From an uncultured Candidatus Saccharibacteria bacterium (GTDB lineage: Bacteria; Patescibacteriota; Minisyncoccia; Phycocordibacterales; UBA9973), in NCBI GenBank assembly GCA_964348725.1, contig CAYGDG010000005.1:1-62770 (forward strand): a stretch of 62,770 bases of DNA, read 5' to 3'. A program made the position numbers and the translations under genes. The notes beneath the pieces are model-generated. The model did not search any database and had not been told where the DNA came from. It saw nothing but the letters and a program-made list of their open reading frames with translations. Of the stretch, positions 1 to 9,007 are shown in pieces. Position 1 is the first letter of the stretch, and each line of letters starts with the position of its first letter.

Positions 1-525
<525 letters not shown>

Positions 526-808
526 AAGAAATTTACAAATCACAATTTACTTCCGGCATAATAGGCCGGAAGGTAAGTCCTCAAAAAAACTTTTAGTCGG
601 ACCGCTCCGACATCGAAGATTTTGAGAACTTGTTCTGTCTGGGTGAAAAGACCCTATGTCTATTCCCGACAGCCTTTAATTTTCAAGTTTCATTCCGTCC
701 TGATTTTACAAAACAAAAACCGCCTTTCGGGCGGTCCAACAGACAATAAACGTCCGTTAAACCCGCCGTTTTTGCTTGTTTCTTGTTATTGTCATACTGA
801 TAGGTTAG

Positions 809-837
809 ATACTATACGAAAGCGAAATCAATGTCAA
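809..837 (-). promoter_or_regulatory. sigma70 promoter for the 23S transcript
   Basis: TTGACA-17 bp-TAGTAT on the minus strand, ~285 nt upstream of the 23S 5' end. Confidence 0.8.
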
Positions 838-864
838 GCGGGAGCATATTTCACTTCTTTACGC

Positions 865-1221
865 TTAATTTCCAGGAGTGCATTGAGTCCATTCTGGTTT
901 TCCCGTCCATCCACATCCTCCATGCCACTGGCGTTCACATTTTGCATTTTTCATACACACCGTAGCATATATAGCGCACTGTGGAAAAGAACCACCTTTG
1001 CTAATGTCATAACAGCTACCAGTGCACATATCAATTCCACAACCACCACTTACGACACTCTCATCTTTTGAAACAACTTCGGGCTTTGTATCTTTCTGCT
1101 CTTGCTTTGGTGTTTCTTTTTTTTGAGTTCTCGCCTGCTTTTCCGCATACAGACCTATTCCGCCGACAGCAACGAGGATGAGGATTATTAGTATTGGTGC
1201 GAAGCCGCGGTTTATTTTCAT
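865..1221 (-). CDS. Membrane-anchored protein with prepilin-like leader and C-terminal eight-cysteine cluster
   Basis: MKINRG|FAPILIILILV hydrophobic N-terminus; 8 Cys in GGCGIDMC...KCERQ..GGCGW....QC. Confidence 0.75.
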   Translation of the reverse strand: MKINRGFAPILIILILVAVGGIGLYAEKQARTQKKETPKQEQKDTKPEVVSKDESVVSGGCGIDMCTGSCYDISKGGSFPQCAIYATVCMKNAKCERQWHGGCGWTGKPEWTQCTPGN

Positions 1222-1237
1222 ATGCGATAATTATACC

Positions 1238-1513
1238 CTATTTCCTTTTCTTTTTATATGCCTTACTCCGGTGGTCAATGTAACGGATGATGAGCATATA
1301 TTTCTCCCATGCAACATTGTAAAAAATCCTATAATCTCCTACCCGGAGCTTGAAATAATTCCTATATTCCCCCGTCAGAAAAGTCGGAAAAATTCCGCTG
1401 AAATTTTCCGAGAACCATTCCAATTTTTCTAAGATTCTGCGCCGAGCGGACTTTTCCAAAGAAGCAAAATCTTTTTCAGCCTCAGTCGTAAATTCTACGC
1501 GCCATTTTTGCAT
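1238..1513 (-). CDS. RelE/ParE family toxin
   Basis: WRVEFTTEAEKDF...FKLRVGDYRIFY motif, 91 aa. Confidence 0.9.
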   Translation of the reverse strand: MQKWRVEFTTEAEKDFASLEKSARRRILEKLEWFSENFSGIFPTFLTGEYRNYFKLRVGDYRIFYNVAWEKYMLIIRYIDHRSKAYKKKRK

Positions 1514-1516
1514 AGA

Positions 1517-1702
1517 TTAGATATATTTCCTTTTGAGCTGGCTAAGAGAAATGGTCTTCCCTGTTTTAGAAGCAGACAATCTTTTTTGTGCTTTAGATGT
1601 CAATTCAAGACCGAAATCAGGATCGCTGAAAACATCAGAAATAGCCCTTGAAACAAGAGCTTTCACTTGGGTATTTATTTTTTTTATTTCCAAAGTGGTC
1701 AT
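1517..1702 (-). CDS. Putative antitoxin paired with RelE
   Basis: 61 aa from MTTLEIKK, SDPDFGLEL motif, ends 3 bp before the toxin start; TATAAT 6 nt upstream of ATG. Confidence 0.7.
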   Translation of the reverse strand: MTTLEIKKINTQVKALVSRAISDVFSDPDFGLELTSKAQKRLSASKTGKTISLSQLKRKYI

Positions 1703-1709
1703 ATTTATA

Positions 1710-1892
1710 TTATAGCACAAAAAATAGGTTTTGTGTAAAGCAGCCCTGCAGATTCCAGCGAAGGCAATGCCTCCAATATAATTCCTGCGTGGCGGCATGG
1801 CCTTCCCGCGCCAGTTCAGGGTTCTTGATGGTTTCAATCACCAGCTGTTTATTTATTTTCCTTTGCACCAGCTTTGCCACCGCATACCCTAT
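1710..1892 (-). pseudogene. Probable remnant of a DUF4258-like small toxin gene
   Basis: Open frame YAVAKLVQRKINKQLVIETIKNPELAREG....ELY resembles the DUF4258 N-terminus; no proper start, and resemblance is lost after ~40 codons. Confidence 0.4.
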
Positions 1893-2980
1893 TCAAAAAC
1901 CACAGAATGTTTCTCCTTGTGAGTATTCAAATAATAATCAAGAGTGCTTGAGTCTCCATCCCATTTATAATCTATGCCGTAAGAAGTCAGAACTTTTTTC
2001 GTCTTATTCTCTTTGAAATCGTGAACATATAATTCTTGTTTGTAACTATGTGTGCCATATGGGATAAAAACATATCCCGCGTAAGCCATATATCTACCGT
2101 TACTACTAAACCTAGGGGAATCTGTTGTACCCTCCCCATAATAAAATTCATCGATTTTTTCTGTATTAATATCTACGATCAAAATACTGTTTCGTGGCTC
2201 ATCTTCGTCACGAGAGCCCGGATTAACATATAACTTTTGACCATCGGAAGAGGCGCTCATGATAAAAGAAAAATCTGAAAAATTAGAAGCATTATTTTTT
2301 ATTGTTTTGTATACGGAACCATCTCCTTTTTCAAGAGAAATAATCAGATTCGGATCTTGGAACTCTTGAGTCATAAATTCAGGGTCAGGCACCATTCGCG
2401 CCCTCAGATCGGTACCTGGAATTGAAACAGAGGGCTCATTTAAAGGACCTGGCGCTATATATATTTGTGAACGAAAAGAATTATAAGTGGCTGAATCTGC
2501 AGGGTAGACTTGAAGATACACGGAGGAATACATTTCATCTTTTTTCGGCTTACAATCTGCCTCCGCAATACCATGGCAAGCATATTTATAGTGAGAATTA
2601 ATTAATACATTTGCCAAAAACTTTTTATTGGTGAAGTACATAAGCGAATCCACCCAGATCTTTTCGCCTTCTACTTTATTAGAAGCCCAATTCTCTTTCT
2701 GGAAATACACGGTTATGATTTGAGAAATATCCGCTGTATCAGGAATATACGAATAGCCACGGAAGTCGCAATATATTTTCCCTGCATTAACATCCTTCAT
2801 GCTGTCCTTGCTTGGATTTTTTTCAAACGGAATATCTAAAATATTTTCAAAATCTTTGCGCATATTCTCACACACAACAGCAGGATCAGGATTGGCTGAT
2901 GCAGAATACATGGATGCCAAAGCCGCACTCAATAATAAAACTGCGGCAATTGCGATTGAAATCTTTGCACCTGTTTTCAT
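1889..2980 (-). CDS. Secreted/anchored protein with C-terminal TolB/PD40-like repeat
   Basis: N-terminal hydrophobic segment; SPRFSSNGRYMAY motif. Confidence 0.65.
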   Translation of the reverse strand: MKTGAKISIAIAAVLLLSAALASMYSASANPDPAVVCENMRKDFENILDIPFEKNPSKDSMKDVNAGKIYCDFRGYSYIPDTADISQIITVYFQKENWASNKVEGEKIWVDSLMYFTNKKFLANVLINSHYKYACHGIAEADCKPKKDEMYSSVYLQVYPADSATYNSFRSQIYIAPGPLNEPSVSIPGTDLRARMVPDPEFMTQEFQDPNLIISLEKGDGSVYKTIKNNASNFSDFSFIMSASSDGQKLYVNPGSRDEDEPRNSILIVDINTEKIDEFYYGEGTTDSPRFSSNGRYMAYAGYVFIPYGTHSYKQELYVHDFKENKTKKVLTSYGIDYKWDGDSSTLDYYLNTHKEKHSVVFE

Positions 2981-3026
2981 ATGCGATAATTATACCCTCC
3001 CCTGCGGGAAAGTCTACCTCTCCCCG

Positions 3027-3090
3027 CCCCGCCGAAGGCGGGGCTTCCCCTCTCCATTTCAATAAAATGGAGAGGGGTCAGGGGTGAGGT
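3027..3090. repeat. REP-like palindromes (GCCCCGCCGAAGGCGGGGC and CCCCTCTCC...GGAGAGGGG, family D)
   Basis: Hairpins seen directly; related copies at 8341, 15859, 16241, 16379, 16450, 17153, 17207, 21421, 27670. Confidence 0.8.
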
Positions 3091-3632
3091 TATTTCGTCC
3101 TAAATCCTATTCCCTTCTTAGGCTCGTTGCCTTTCATAATGAGCTGCTTCAATACATCAAATACTTGCCGGAGCTGAGTGTCATATTTCTTTTCCATCCG
3201 TTCTATTTTCTGGCGCAGCTTCGTGTTGGTCGCGAGCAGCTCGCGTATCTTCGTGAACGTGCGGATAATCTGGATATTCACCTGTATCGCCCGCTCGCTG
3301 TTCAAGACACTTGAAAGCATGGCTACGCCTTGCTCGGTGAAGACATATGGAAGATATTTAATATTTTTACCTTGTTTCAAGGTGCCAAATTGGTACCTTG
3401 AACTTGAGGTCACAGTTTGTGACATCAAGTTTTCAGATTCTGATTTTGTAAGTTGAAACATAAAATCTTTTGGGAAACGCGCGAGGTTCCTTTTCACCGC
3501 TCTGTTGAGTGCTTTAGTCTCCACCCCATACAGTTCCGCCAAATCCCTATCCAGCATAACCTTCTTCCCTCTTATTAATAAAATACCATTTACTATGCGC
3601 TCACTCGGAAACAATATAATTTCTTTTTCCAT
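3090..3632 (-). CDS. ORF6N domain DNA-binding protein
   Basis: IRGKKVMLDRDLAELYGVETKALNRAVKRN..RFPKDFMFQL and PYVFTEQGVAMLSSVL. Confidence 0.9.
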   Translation of the reverse strand: MEKEIILFPSERIVNGILLIRGKKVMLDRDLAELYGVETKALNRAVKRNLARFPKDFMFQLTKSESENLMSQTVTSSSRYQFGTLKQGKNIKYLPYVFTEQGVAMLSSVLNSERAIQVNIQIIRTFTKIRELLATNTKLRQKIERMEKKYDTQLRQVFDVLKQLIMKGNEPKKGIGFRTK

Positions 3633-3673
3633 GCAGAAATCATACTCATACCGGATAAAGATTTCCTAAAGAA

Positions 3674-4303
3674 TTACTCCTCCTTCTTATGAAACACCGT
3701 GAAGTAGCGCTCAAAGAGCATACTGCCGGCAAGGGCGAGGAAGAGGAGCGCGGCGTAGATGAGCAGGAACTCAGTCAGATTGAGGGAAAATTGCCGAAGA
3801 GCGCCGAGAATGAAGATGAAGTACCAACTCACGATAGATACGCCGCCAGAGGCGAAAGCGATGCGGTGCAGGCTGTGGAGCTCCCCTTTTTTGTGCACGT
3901 GCGGCAAATTGAAGGATATTTTTGAAAGGCGCGGCGAGATGTATGCGTTCAGCAGGATGCCATTTGCAATGAGCACGCCGATGGCGATGACTTTTGAAAT
4001 AAATTTTGCCGAATCACTCAGCCGTGCCGCCTCCGGCAGATAGAGCATAAAGCCGGAGAGGATGAGCGCGCCAAGCGCTATCCAGATGACATGTGAAAGC
4101 GCACGGGCGATGCCGGCTTCATCTTCTGATATTTTATAATCGCGCAGGAAGCGGAAAAAAAGCACGTCAGTAACCGTAGCAGCGCCCACACCCACGGCGG
4201 CGGCAAGCATGTGCGCGATGACGATGACGCTCCTGTGCTCTATTAAAAATTGCATTACTGATTCCACTATATCCATTAAATCATACTTCCCTTTCCCGCG
4301 CAA
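3674..4303 (-). CDS. Multi-pass membrane protein of unknown function (start uncertain)
   Basis: About 5 hydrophobic helices; HMLAAAVGVGAATVTD motif. Confidence 0.75.
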   Translation of the reverse strand: MRGKGKYDLMDIVESVMQFLIEHRSVIVIAHMLAAAVGVGAATVTDVLFFRFLRDYKISEDEAGIARALSHVIWIALGALILSGFMLYLPEAARLSDSAKFISKVIAIGVLIANGILLNAYISPRLSKISFNLPHVHKKGELHSLHRIAFASGGVSIVSWYFIFILGALRQFSLNLTEFLLIYAALLFLALAGSMLFERYFTVFHKKEE

Positions 4304-4357
4304 AAAACAAAAAGCGCCGAAGCGCTCTTTGTTTAAAATTCAGAAAATTATTTCTGA

Positions 4358-5053
4358 TTATTGGCGATGAGACATGTCTTCACCGAGCTTGCTGATGAAG
4401 CGGGACGCATGGTCCTTGCCGCCGAGGCCGAACGCCAAAGCGCCAGCTACTGCGAACATGCCGATGATACCTGCAAAGAGTATCTGCATATAAGCTGCAG
4501 CTACGCCGAGCTGGCCGAGAGCGATGATGAAAGCGAAAACCCACACAGCATACTTGGCGATAGTGCCGAGCATATTTGCAGAGCGGAGATTCATAGCTTT
4601 GCTACCCGCAGTCACCGCGCGAGAAAGCGCTTCAGCTACGATGGTAGCGATGATGAGGATGAGGGCTGCCACGATAACTCTCGGGAGGAAAATAAGTACA
4701 TCTTCGCGGAGGAAGGTGGACACATAGTTCAGGCCGACGAGAGAAAGGGATGGAAGAAGGAAAATAACGATAACGAACCACTTCACAATCTGCCCTATAA
4801 AGTAGCCGCTGTTCAAGTTCATACCGGCGCGGCGAAGGAGATCGTCCATGCCGATGCTCTGGAAGAGCTTGTCCACTTTGAGCGCGCTGACGACGTGCTC
4901 AAAAGCGCGAGCAACCAAATTACCCAATACCCAGCCGATGACGAAGAGCACGATAGCGAGGATAAGGCGCGGAGCAAACTGGATAAAGCCCCACCACAGT
5001 TCCTGGAGGGATGCGTTGAATACGTCGCCCCAAGTAATCCAAATATTATTCAT
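4358..5053 (-). CDS. MscS-associated TM-helix repeat protein (CmpX-like)
   Basis: FAPRLILAIVLFVIGW and FLPRVIVAALILI repeats; ALAFGLGG end. Confidence 0.8.
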   Translation of the reverse strand: MNNIWITWGDVFNASLQELWWGFIQFAPRLILAIVLFVIGWVLGNLVARAFEHVVSALKVDKLFQSIGMDDLLRRAGMNLNSGYFIGQIVKWFVIVIFLLPSLSLVGLNYVSTFLREDVLIFLPRVIVAALILIIATIVAEALSRAVTAGSKAMNLRSANMLGTIAKYAVWVFAFIIALGQLGVAAAYMQILFAGIIGMFAVAGALAFGLGGKDHASRFISKLGEDMSHRQ

Positions 5054-5123
5054 ATTTATTATTAAAAATTAAGCTAATTATTGATAAAAACTTTAAAGTT
5101 CGACCTTGTAAAGTTCTGGCATT

Positions 5124-5167
5124 ATTATATCAATTTCCTAGCTCTTTTTGAGGAGATGTGTGGATAA
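5124..5167 (-). promoter_or_regulatory. Promoter with DnaA-type box (TTATCCACA-29 bp-TATAAT)
   Basis: Box at 5159-5167 lies inside the upstream gene's 3' end; -10 at 5124-5129. Confidence 0.65.
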
Positions 5168-5719
5168 CTCTTTATGCTGTAATACCACTTCATGAGGAAA
5201 ATCCAATATATCCCGCACGAGCTTGTCGTACATATTGAGCCTATAAATGAAGTCTTTTGTCTCGAAATCCGCATAGGTCAGTTCCGCTCCTGTGTCAGCT
5301 TCCAGCTTCTTTATTCCCTCTTCGATCTTGCTCTTTTTCAGTCTATCTCCCACAATGAGAAGATCTACTCTGCTTTCCTTATTTTTGATGAATACGCCGG
5401 AAATAACCAGCAATTTTACCCGCCCGGCTTTTTTGAATACTTCGCTTATGCCCTCTTTGTTAAAAGCTTCGGTGTGAGTCAAGATCGCTTCGAATTCGGA
5501 TGCGTATTTGAAGGAAGGATTAAAAGCATGACCTTCACTGCGTTTCTTTATAAAGCCTGCGGCGGAAAGGATCTTGAGTTCCGCACGCGCGGCAGCGGAA
5601 GAAACTCGGCTGCGATTGGTCACTTCCTTGCCAGAGAAGACTTTGCTGCGATTCAGCATAAAGAGGCGCATTATCTTCACGCGCGCCGGCGAACCTAATA
5701 CTTTTCCCAAGATTTCCAT
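5138..5719 (-). CDS. Winged-helix protein with C-terminal nucleotidyltransferase-like domain
   Basis: GSPARVKIMRLF N-terminal HTH; SG.F......VDLLIVGD motif; start refined to MEILG. Confidence 0.7.
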   Translation of the reverse strand: MEILGKVLGSPARVKIMRLFMLNRSKVFSGKEVTNRSRVSSAAARAELKILSAAGFIKKRSEGHAFNPSFKYASEFEAILTHTEAFNKEGISEVFKKAGRVKLLVISGVFIKNKESRVDLLIVGDRLKKSKIEEGIKKLEADTGAELTYADFETKDFIYRLNMYDKLVRDILDFPHEVVLQHKELSTHLLKKS

Positions 5720-5752
5720 ATCGGGGCTATTATACAACAATTAAAATTGTAC

Positions 5753-5792
5753 GCAACAAAAAACCCCGACGTACGTCGGGGTTTTTTGTTGC
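5753..5792. terminator. Bidirectional intrinsic terminator downstream of rplL
   Basis: Perfect 40-bp palindrome GCAACAAAAAACCCCGACGT|ACGTCGGGGTTTTTTGTTGC. Confidence 0.85.
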
Positions 5793-5894
5793 GCAAGAAT
5801 ATTATTTCAATTCTACCTGGCCACACATAAATTTCTGCTGAAATTTTGCGCAGCCCCCGCCTCAGCGCCGTCGCGCTTCCGGCTCAAAGTTGAG

Positions 5895-6260
5895 CTATTT
5901 AAGCTCAACTTTGCCTCCTGCTTCTTCGATCTTCTTCTTCATTTCTTCAGCTTCGGCTTTCTTCATACCGTCCTTGAGTTTTACCGGAGCGCCGTCCACG
6001 AGGTCTTTCGCTTCCTTAAGTCCGAGAGCGAGCGCTTCCTTGATGACTTTCATCACCGCGATCTTCTGCTCACCAGCGGATGCGAGGTGCACTTCAAATG
6101 CATCCTTTTCCTCTGCCGCTGGGCCTGCTGCTGCAGGACCTGCTGCTGCGACTGCCGCAGCGGATACTCCGAACTTTTCTTCTATAGCCTTCACCAAGTC
6201 GTTGAGTTCAAGGACTGATGCGCTTTCCAAGTCTGCCATAAATGCGTCAAATTTTGCCAT
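5895..6260 (-). CDS. rplL: 50S ribosomal protein L7/L12
   Basis: [22 protein letters not shown]; [14 protein letters not shown]; GGKVELK. Confidence 0.98.
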   Translation of the reverse strand: MAKFDAFMADLESASVLELNDLVKAIEEKFGVSAAAVAAAGPAAAGPAAEEKDAFEVHLASAGEQKIAVMKVIKEALALGLKEAKDLVDGAPVKLKDGMKKAEAEEMKKKIEEAGGKVELK

Positions 6261-6300
6261 AATAATTTATTGTTATTTTTATAAGTTAATAATTTTTCTT

Positions 6301-6780
6301 CTACTTCTTTTTTGATACTTCGGAAACTGCGATAGCCAAGCGCTGTATCGGGCTCTTGAGCAAGAATGCAATCTTGGACAAAAGAACTTCACGGCTCGGG
6401 ATGGTGGCGATTTCCATCATCTTTTCGCCTTGCACGAATTTTCCTTCAAAGATACCGCCGAGAATCTTGAGCATTCCCTTGTGGGTCTTCTCAAAATTAT
6501 AGACTTCTCTTGCTGGCGCGATCTCATCCGTGGAATACGCGATGGCTACTTCTCCGGAAAGATCCGGGATCTCACCTTCCGCTTTTCCTGCGAGCGCGCG
6601 CTTTAAGAGCGTCTTTCGGGACACGGTGTATGATACGCCGTTGTTACGAAGATCCCTCCGTAGATTCGTCGCTTCGCCTGCCGGCAAGCCGTGGAAATTT
6701 ACGAAGACCAAAGTCTCCGCTCCGTCCACTGCCTTGGACAGGTCTTTTACTATTTCTTCTTTTCTTGATTTTAATAGCAT
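6301..6780 (-). CDS. rplJ: 50S ribosomal protein L10
   Basis: FVNFHGL...LRRDLR...VSRKTLLKRAL; IPSREVLLSKI; adjacent to rplL; start refined to MLLKSRK. Confidence 0.95.
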   Translation of the reverse strand: MLLKSRKEEIVKDLSKAVDGAETLVFVNFHGLPAGEATNLRRDLRNNGVSYTVSRKTLLKRALAGKAEGEIPDLSGEVAIAYSTDEIAPAREVYNFEKTHKGMLKILGGIFEGKFVQGEKMMEIATIPSREVLLSKIAFLLKSPIQRLAIAVSEVSKKK

Positions 6781-6799
6781 GTTGTTTTGTTTAAAATAA

Positions 6800-6880
6800 A
6801 AAACGGCCTTGCAGCCGCAAAAATACCGTTCGACCACTGAGTAGGATTTAAAGGTATGCCCAACCTACTTTCTTTGCGGT
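6800..6880 (-). promoter_or_regulatory. L10 leader-like autoregulatory RNA with attenuator hairpin
   Basis: AAAGAAAGTAGG...TAAATCCTACTCAGTGG resembles the L10-binding kink-turn motif; followed by CGGC-TGCAA-GGCCG and a U tract; promoter TTGCAA-17-TATGAT upstream. Confidence 0.7.
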
Positions 6881-6898
6881 ATGTGTATCATAGCACGA

Positions 6899-7054
6899 TT
6901 ATTCTGTGCTTGCAACTGCTCCCTCCTGCGGACCCCAGATGAGGGATTGCGCATCGCTGTCATCAAAATACGAAGAGAGGAATATGCCGAGAAGCCCCAA
7001 CCCTATCATGATTGAAAATACTGTCAGAACTTTCCAAAAATGCTTCGTAACCAT
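6899..7054 (-). CDS. Small single-pass membrane protein (51 aa, below the ORF-track cutoff)
   Basis: MVTKHFWKVLTVFSIMIGLGLLGIFLSSYF...; TATAAT 7 nt upstream of ATG. Confidence 0.65.
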   Translation of the reverse strand: MVTKHFWKVLTVFSIMIGLGLLGIFLSSYFDDSDAQSLIWGPQEGAVASTE

Positions 7055-7107
7055 GTAAGTAATTATACCATACATTCATGCCACCCCGCGGAAGTGTTTT
7101 TAATAAC

Positions 7108-7155
7108 ATGCCAAGAACAAAAAATCCCCTTACGGGGATTTTTTGTTCTTGGCAT
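7108..7155. terminator. Intrinsic terminator T2 (copy a)
   Basis: 22-bp perfect arms around TTAC; core AAAAATCCCCTTACGGGGATTTTT repeated at 8376-8409. Confidence 0.85.
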
Positions 7156-7637
7156 TATTTCTGAATCAGAATCGTAGCCACATTCTGCGAGGAATCGCAG
7201 TCTATGAGCCATGTGGCCGGCACCGTAGAGCTTGAAAGCTTTACGATTTTGAAACCATAGCCCTTGATAGTGAATGTACTGCCGAGCTTCACAGTGCGAG
7301 TAACGGCAGAACGATTGTCTACCATGATGCTTGAGCCATTCTTGAAGGTCGCGGCATTCGGATGCGCTTGGCATACAGTATCCAACTGTATCCTTCTGTC
7401 CTTATACAATACCAAGGCCTCCTTGTAAGAAAGAAGCTTTGCAGGAGCAGTGGCGGCGGCTGGGGCGTTCACACTGCCTTCAGTCGTATCTTCCACGGAT
7501 TCCACTTCAGCCTGTTCTTCAGAGGATGGCTCACTTATTTTCGGTTCATCCTTCTTGTTAGCTGACCAGATTACAATTGCGAGTACAAGCACGAGGGCGG
7601 CTACGATGGCGATGACAGTGCTCTTATTTTTTTCCAT
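7155..7637 (-). CDS. Membrane-anchored hypothetical protein, beta-rich C-terminal domain
   Basis: TM helix at residues ~8-24, acidic linker. Confidence 0.75.
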   Translation of the reverse strand: MEKNKSTVIAIVAALVLVLAIVIWSANKKDEPKISEPSSEEQAEVESVEDTTEGSVNAPAAATAPAKLLSYKEALVLYKDRRIQLDTVCQAHPNAATFKNGSSIMVDNRSAVTRTVKLGSTFTIKGYGFKIVKLSSSTVPATWLIDCDSSQNVATILIQK

Positions 7638-7746
7638 ATATTTTTCTTTTTCCTCTTAGGGCATTTGGTTGATAATACTTAGTATAGCACACATACCAGG
7701 CAACAAATCAAAAACCACCCCTCATAGTCCATCGCTGATGATGGAC

Positions 7747-7783
7747 TTTTGGAAAGCTTTGACAGCTTTCAGGGTAGCATTGC
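7747..7783 (-). repeat. 37-bp fragment of a peptidoglycan-binding-domain coding sequence (copy 1)
   Basis: TTTTGGAAAGCTTTGACAGCTTTCAGGGTAGCATTGC identical within copies at 8438-8608 and 9315-9485. Confidence 0.9.
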
Positions 7784-7810
7784 TTCCGCGAGGACTGTCC
7801 TTGCGGAAGC
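7782..7810. repeat. REP-like palindrome family A (AGG-ACAGT-CCT core)
   Basis: GCTTCCGCGAGG-ACTGT-CCTTGCGGAAGC. Confidence 0.85.
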
Positions 7811-7921
7811 ACTTGCGAGAGTTGCGAGAACAGTTGACTTCTTTCCTTCTATTGCTGTACTAAAAATGTGCTTGTGGGGCGCCAGCCCTATTCGGCTAAT
7901 ACATAAGCCGAAGGCAAGCAT

Positions 7922-7957
7922 AAGAAAAAATCCGCCTTCTAAGGCGGATTTTTTCTT
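7922..7957. terminator. Intrinsic terminator T1 (copy a)
   Basis: AAAAAATCCGCCTT-CT-AAGGCGGATTTTTT; related copy at 9234-9260. Confidence 0.8.
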
Positions 7958-7990
7958 TAATCTTCTTCGGGATTACCTTTCATGGTAGAG

Positions 7991-8021
7991 TGCTTGCGCA
8001 AGGACAGTCCTTGCGCAAGCA
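7991..8021. repeat. REP-like palindrome family A
   Basis: TGCTTGCGCAAGG-ACAGT-CCTTGCGCAAGCA, 13-bp arms. Confidence 0.9.
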
Positions 8022-8022
8022 A

Positions 8023-8304
8023 TTAAACTACCAAAGGAACTCCAAAAACCTTTGTTTCTAAAGTTTCAATTCTTTTATCATGATTATCCATAACTACTTG
8101 GGTCAAATCATCTATTTTTCCATTAGTTTTATCAAAATTTTCCCGAGTTTCAAGCTTAAAATCCCGCAAATTAGTTTTGACTTGTTCTAAATCAACCTTG
8201 GTAGCCATAGTAGTATCTTCTACACGTGAAAGTCTTTCCTCCACACGGGTGAAACCATTATTTATGGCTTCTAAGAGTTCTATATTTGTTATTTCCTCTT
8301 TCAT
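8023..8304 (-). CDS. Coiled-coil hypothetical protein
   Basis: MKEEITNIELLEAINNGF...MATKVDL...HDKRIETLE; TATACT 7 nt upstream of ATG. Confidence 0.7.
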   Translation of the reverse strand: MKEEITNIELLEAINNGFTRVEERLSRVEDTTMATKVDLEQVKTNLRDFKLETRENFDKTNGKIDDLTQVVMDNHDKRIETLETKVFGVPLVV

Positions 8305-8375
8305 ATTTATAAGTATATCAAACTCTGTTTTCTTTGCAAACCTCACCCCTGCCCTCTCCTGAAAAGGAGAGGGTG

Positions 8376-8409
8376 AAAACAAAAATCCCCTTACGGGGAT
8401 TTTTGTTTT
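8376..8409. terminator. Intrinsic terminator T2 (copy b)
   Basis: Same core as 7108-7155. Confidence 0.8.
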
Positions 8410-8437
8410 TGTGGAATTACCACATGAGAGGACAGAT

Positions 8438-8647
8438 TTACATCCCCATCAGCTTCGCGCGGGATTTTGATCCGAAGATGCCGTCCGCCGTGAGGCCTTT
8501 TGCTTTTTGGAAAGCTTTGACAGCTTTCAGGGTAGCATTGCCGAAGATAGTGGTTTCCATGCCTGGAGATCCTGCTCCGCTTACGGAGACAGTAAATCCT
8601 GCGGCATTCAGCATCTTTTGCATGCATTTCACCTGCTCATTCTTCAC
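8438..8647 (-). pseudogene. Stand-alone peptidoglycan-binding domain (copy 2); small gene or fragment
   Basis: VKCMQKMLN..G......GSPGMET..FGNATLKAVKAFQK..GL.ADGIFG.KSRA, paralogous to the S-layer N-terminus; no signal peptide. Confidence 0.6.
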
Positions 8648-8683
8648 GCCTTCAGAGCATCCTGCGACAGAACATGCTTCAAG

Positions 8684-9007
8684 TTAAAACTTGTATAATT
8701 TATTCCAAACTGAAACTGTCTGCTTTTTATCGCCAATAGAAAGAACCCCAAGCTGTCTTTGTAAATCTGCTTTTCTTAAAGTGGCAACTTTTGCCAATCT
8801 CACCCACGAATCAAGCAATAATCCCGATTGTTTCCAATTTTTAATTTTAGTATCTCCTTTGCCAGTCCGCTCAGCGCTTGTTATCGGCGCAAGCACAATA
8901 TCATCATCTCCAATATCCAGAACGACAAGAGCTGGGCGTTTTTTCTTATTCCCGTCTGTTTGATGAAAAGTAGCGAAAACAATATCGCCAAATTTATATT
9001 TGGTCAT
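8684..9007 (-). CDS. PemK/MazF family toxin
   Basis: YKFGDIV...F.QTDG.KKKRPALVV...DIVLAPITS; start refined to MTKYKF. Confidence 0.9.
   Translation of the reverse strand: MTKYKFGDIVFATFHQTDGNKKKRPALVVLDIGDDDIVLAPITSAERTGKGDTKIKNWKQSGLLLDSWVRLAKVATLRKADLQRQLGVLSIGDKKQTVSVWNKLYKF

Noticed and set aside
4361-5065. Long antisense ORFs here and opposite ileS, argS, glyA, metG and the M16 peptidase
   Set aside because: Expected shadows of GC-rich codon usage; no motifs or promoters
5802-5897. Stop-codon readthrough or genetic code 25 joining rplL to its duplicated end
   Set aside because: Needs readthrough of both TAG and TGA, and long genes here translate without internal TGA under code 11
7815-7920. 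50-codon frame or sRNA between palindrome A and terminator T1
   Set aside because: No recognisable motif, one weak hairpin and no convincing promoter; left unexplained
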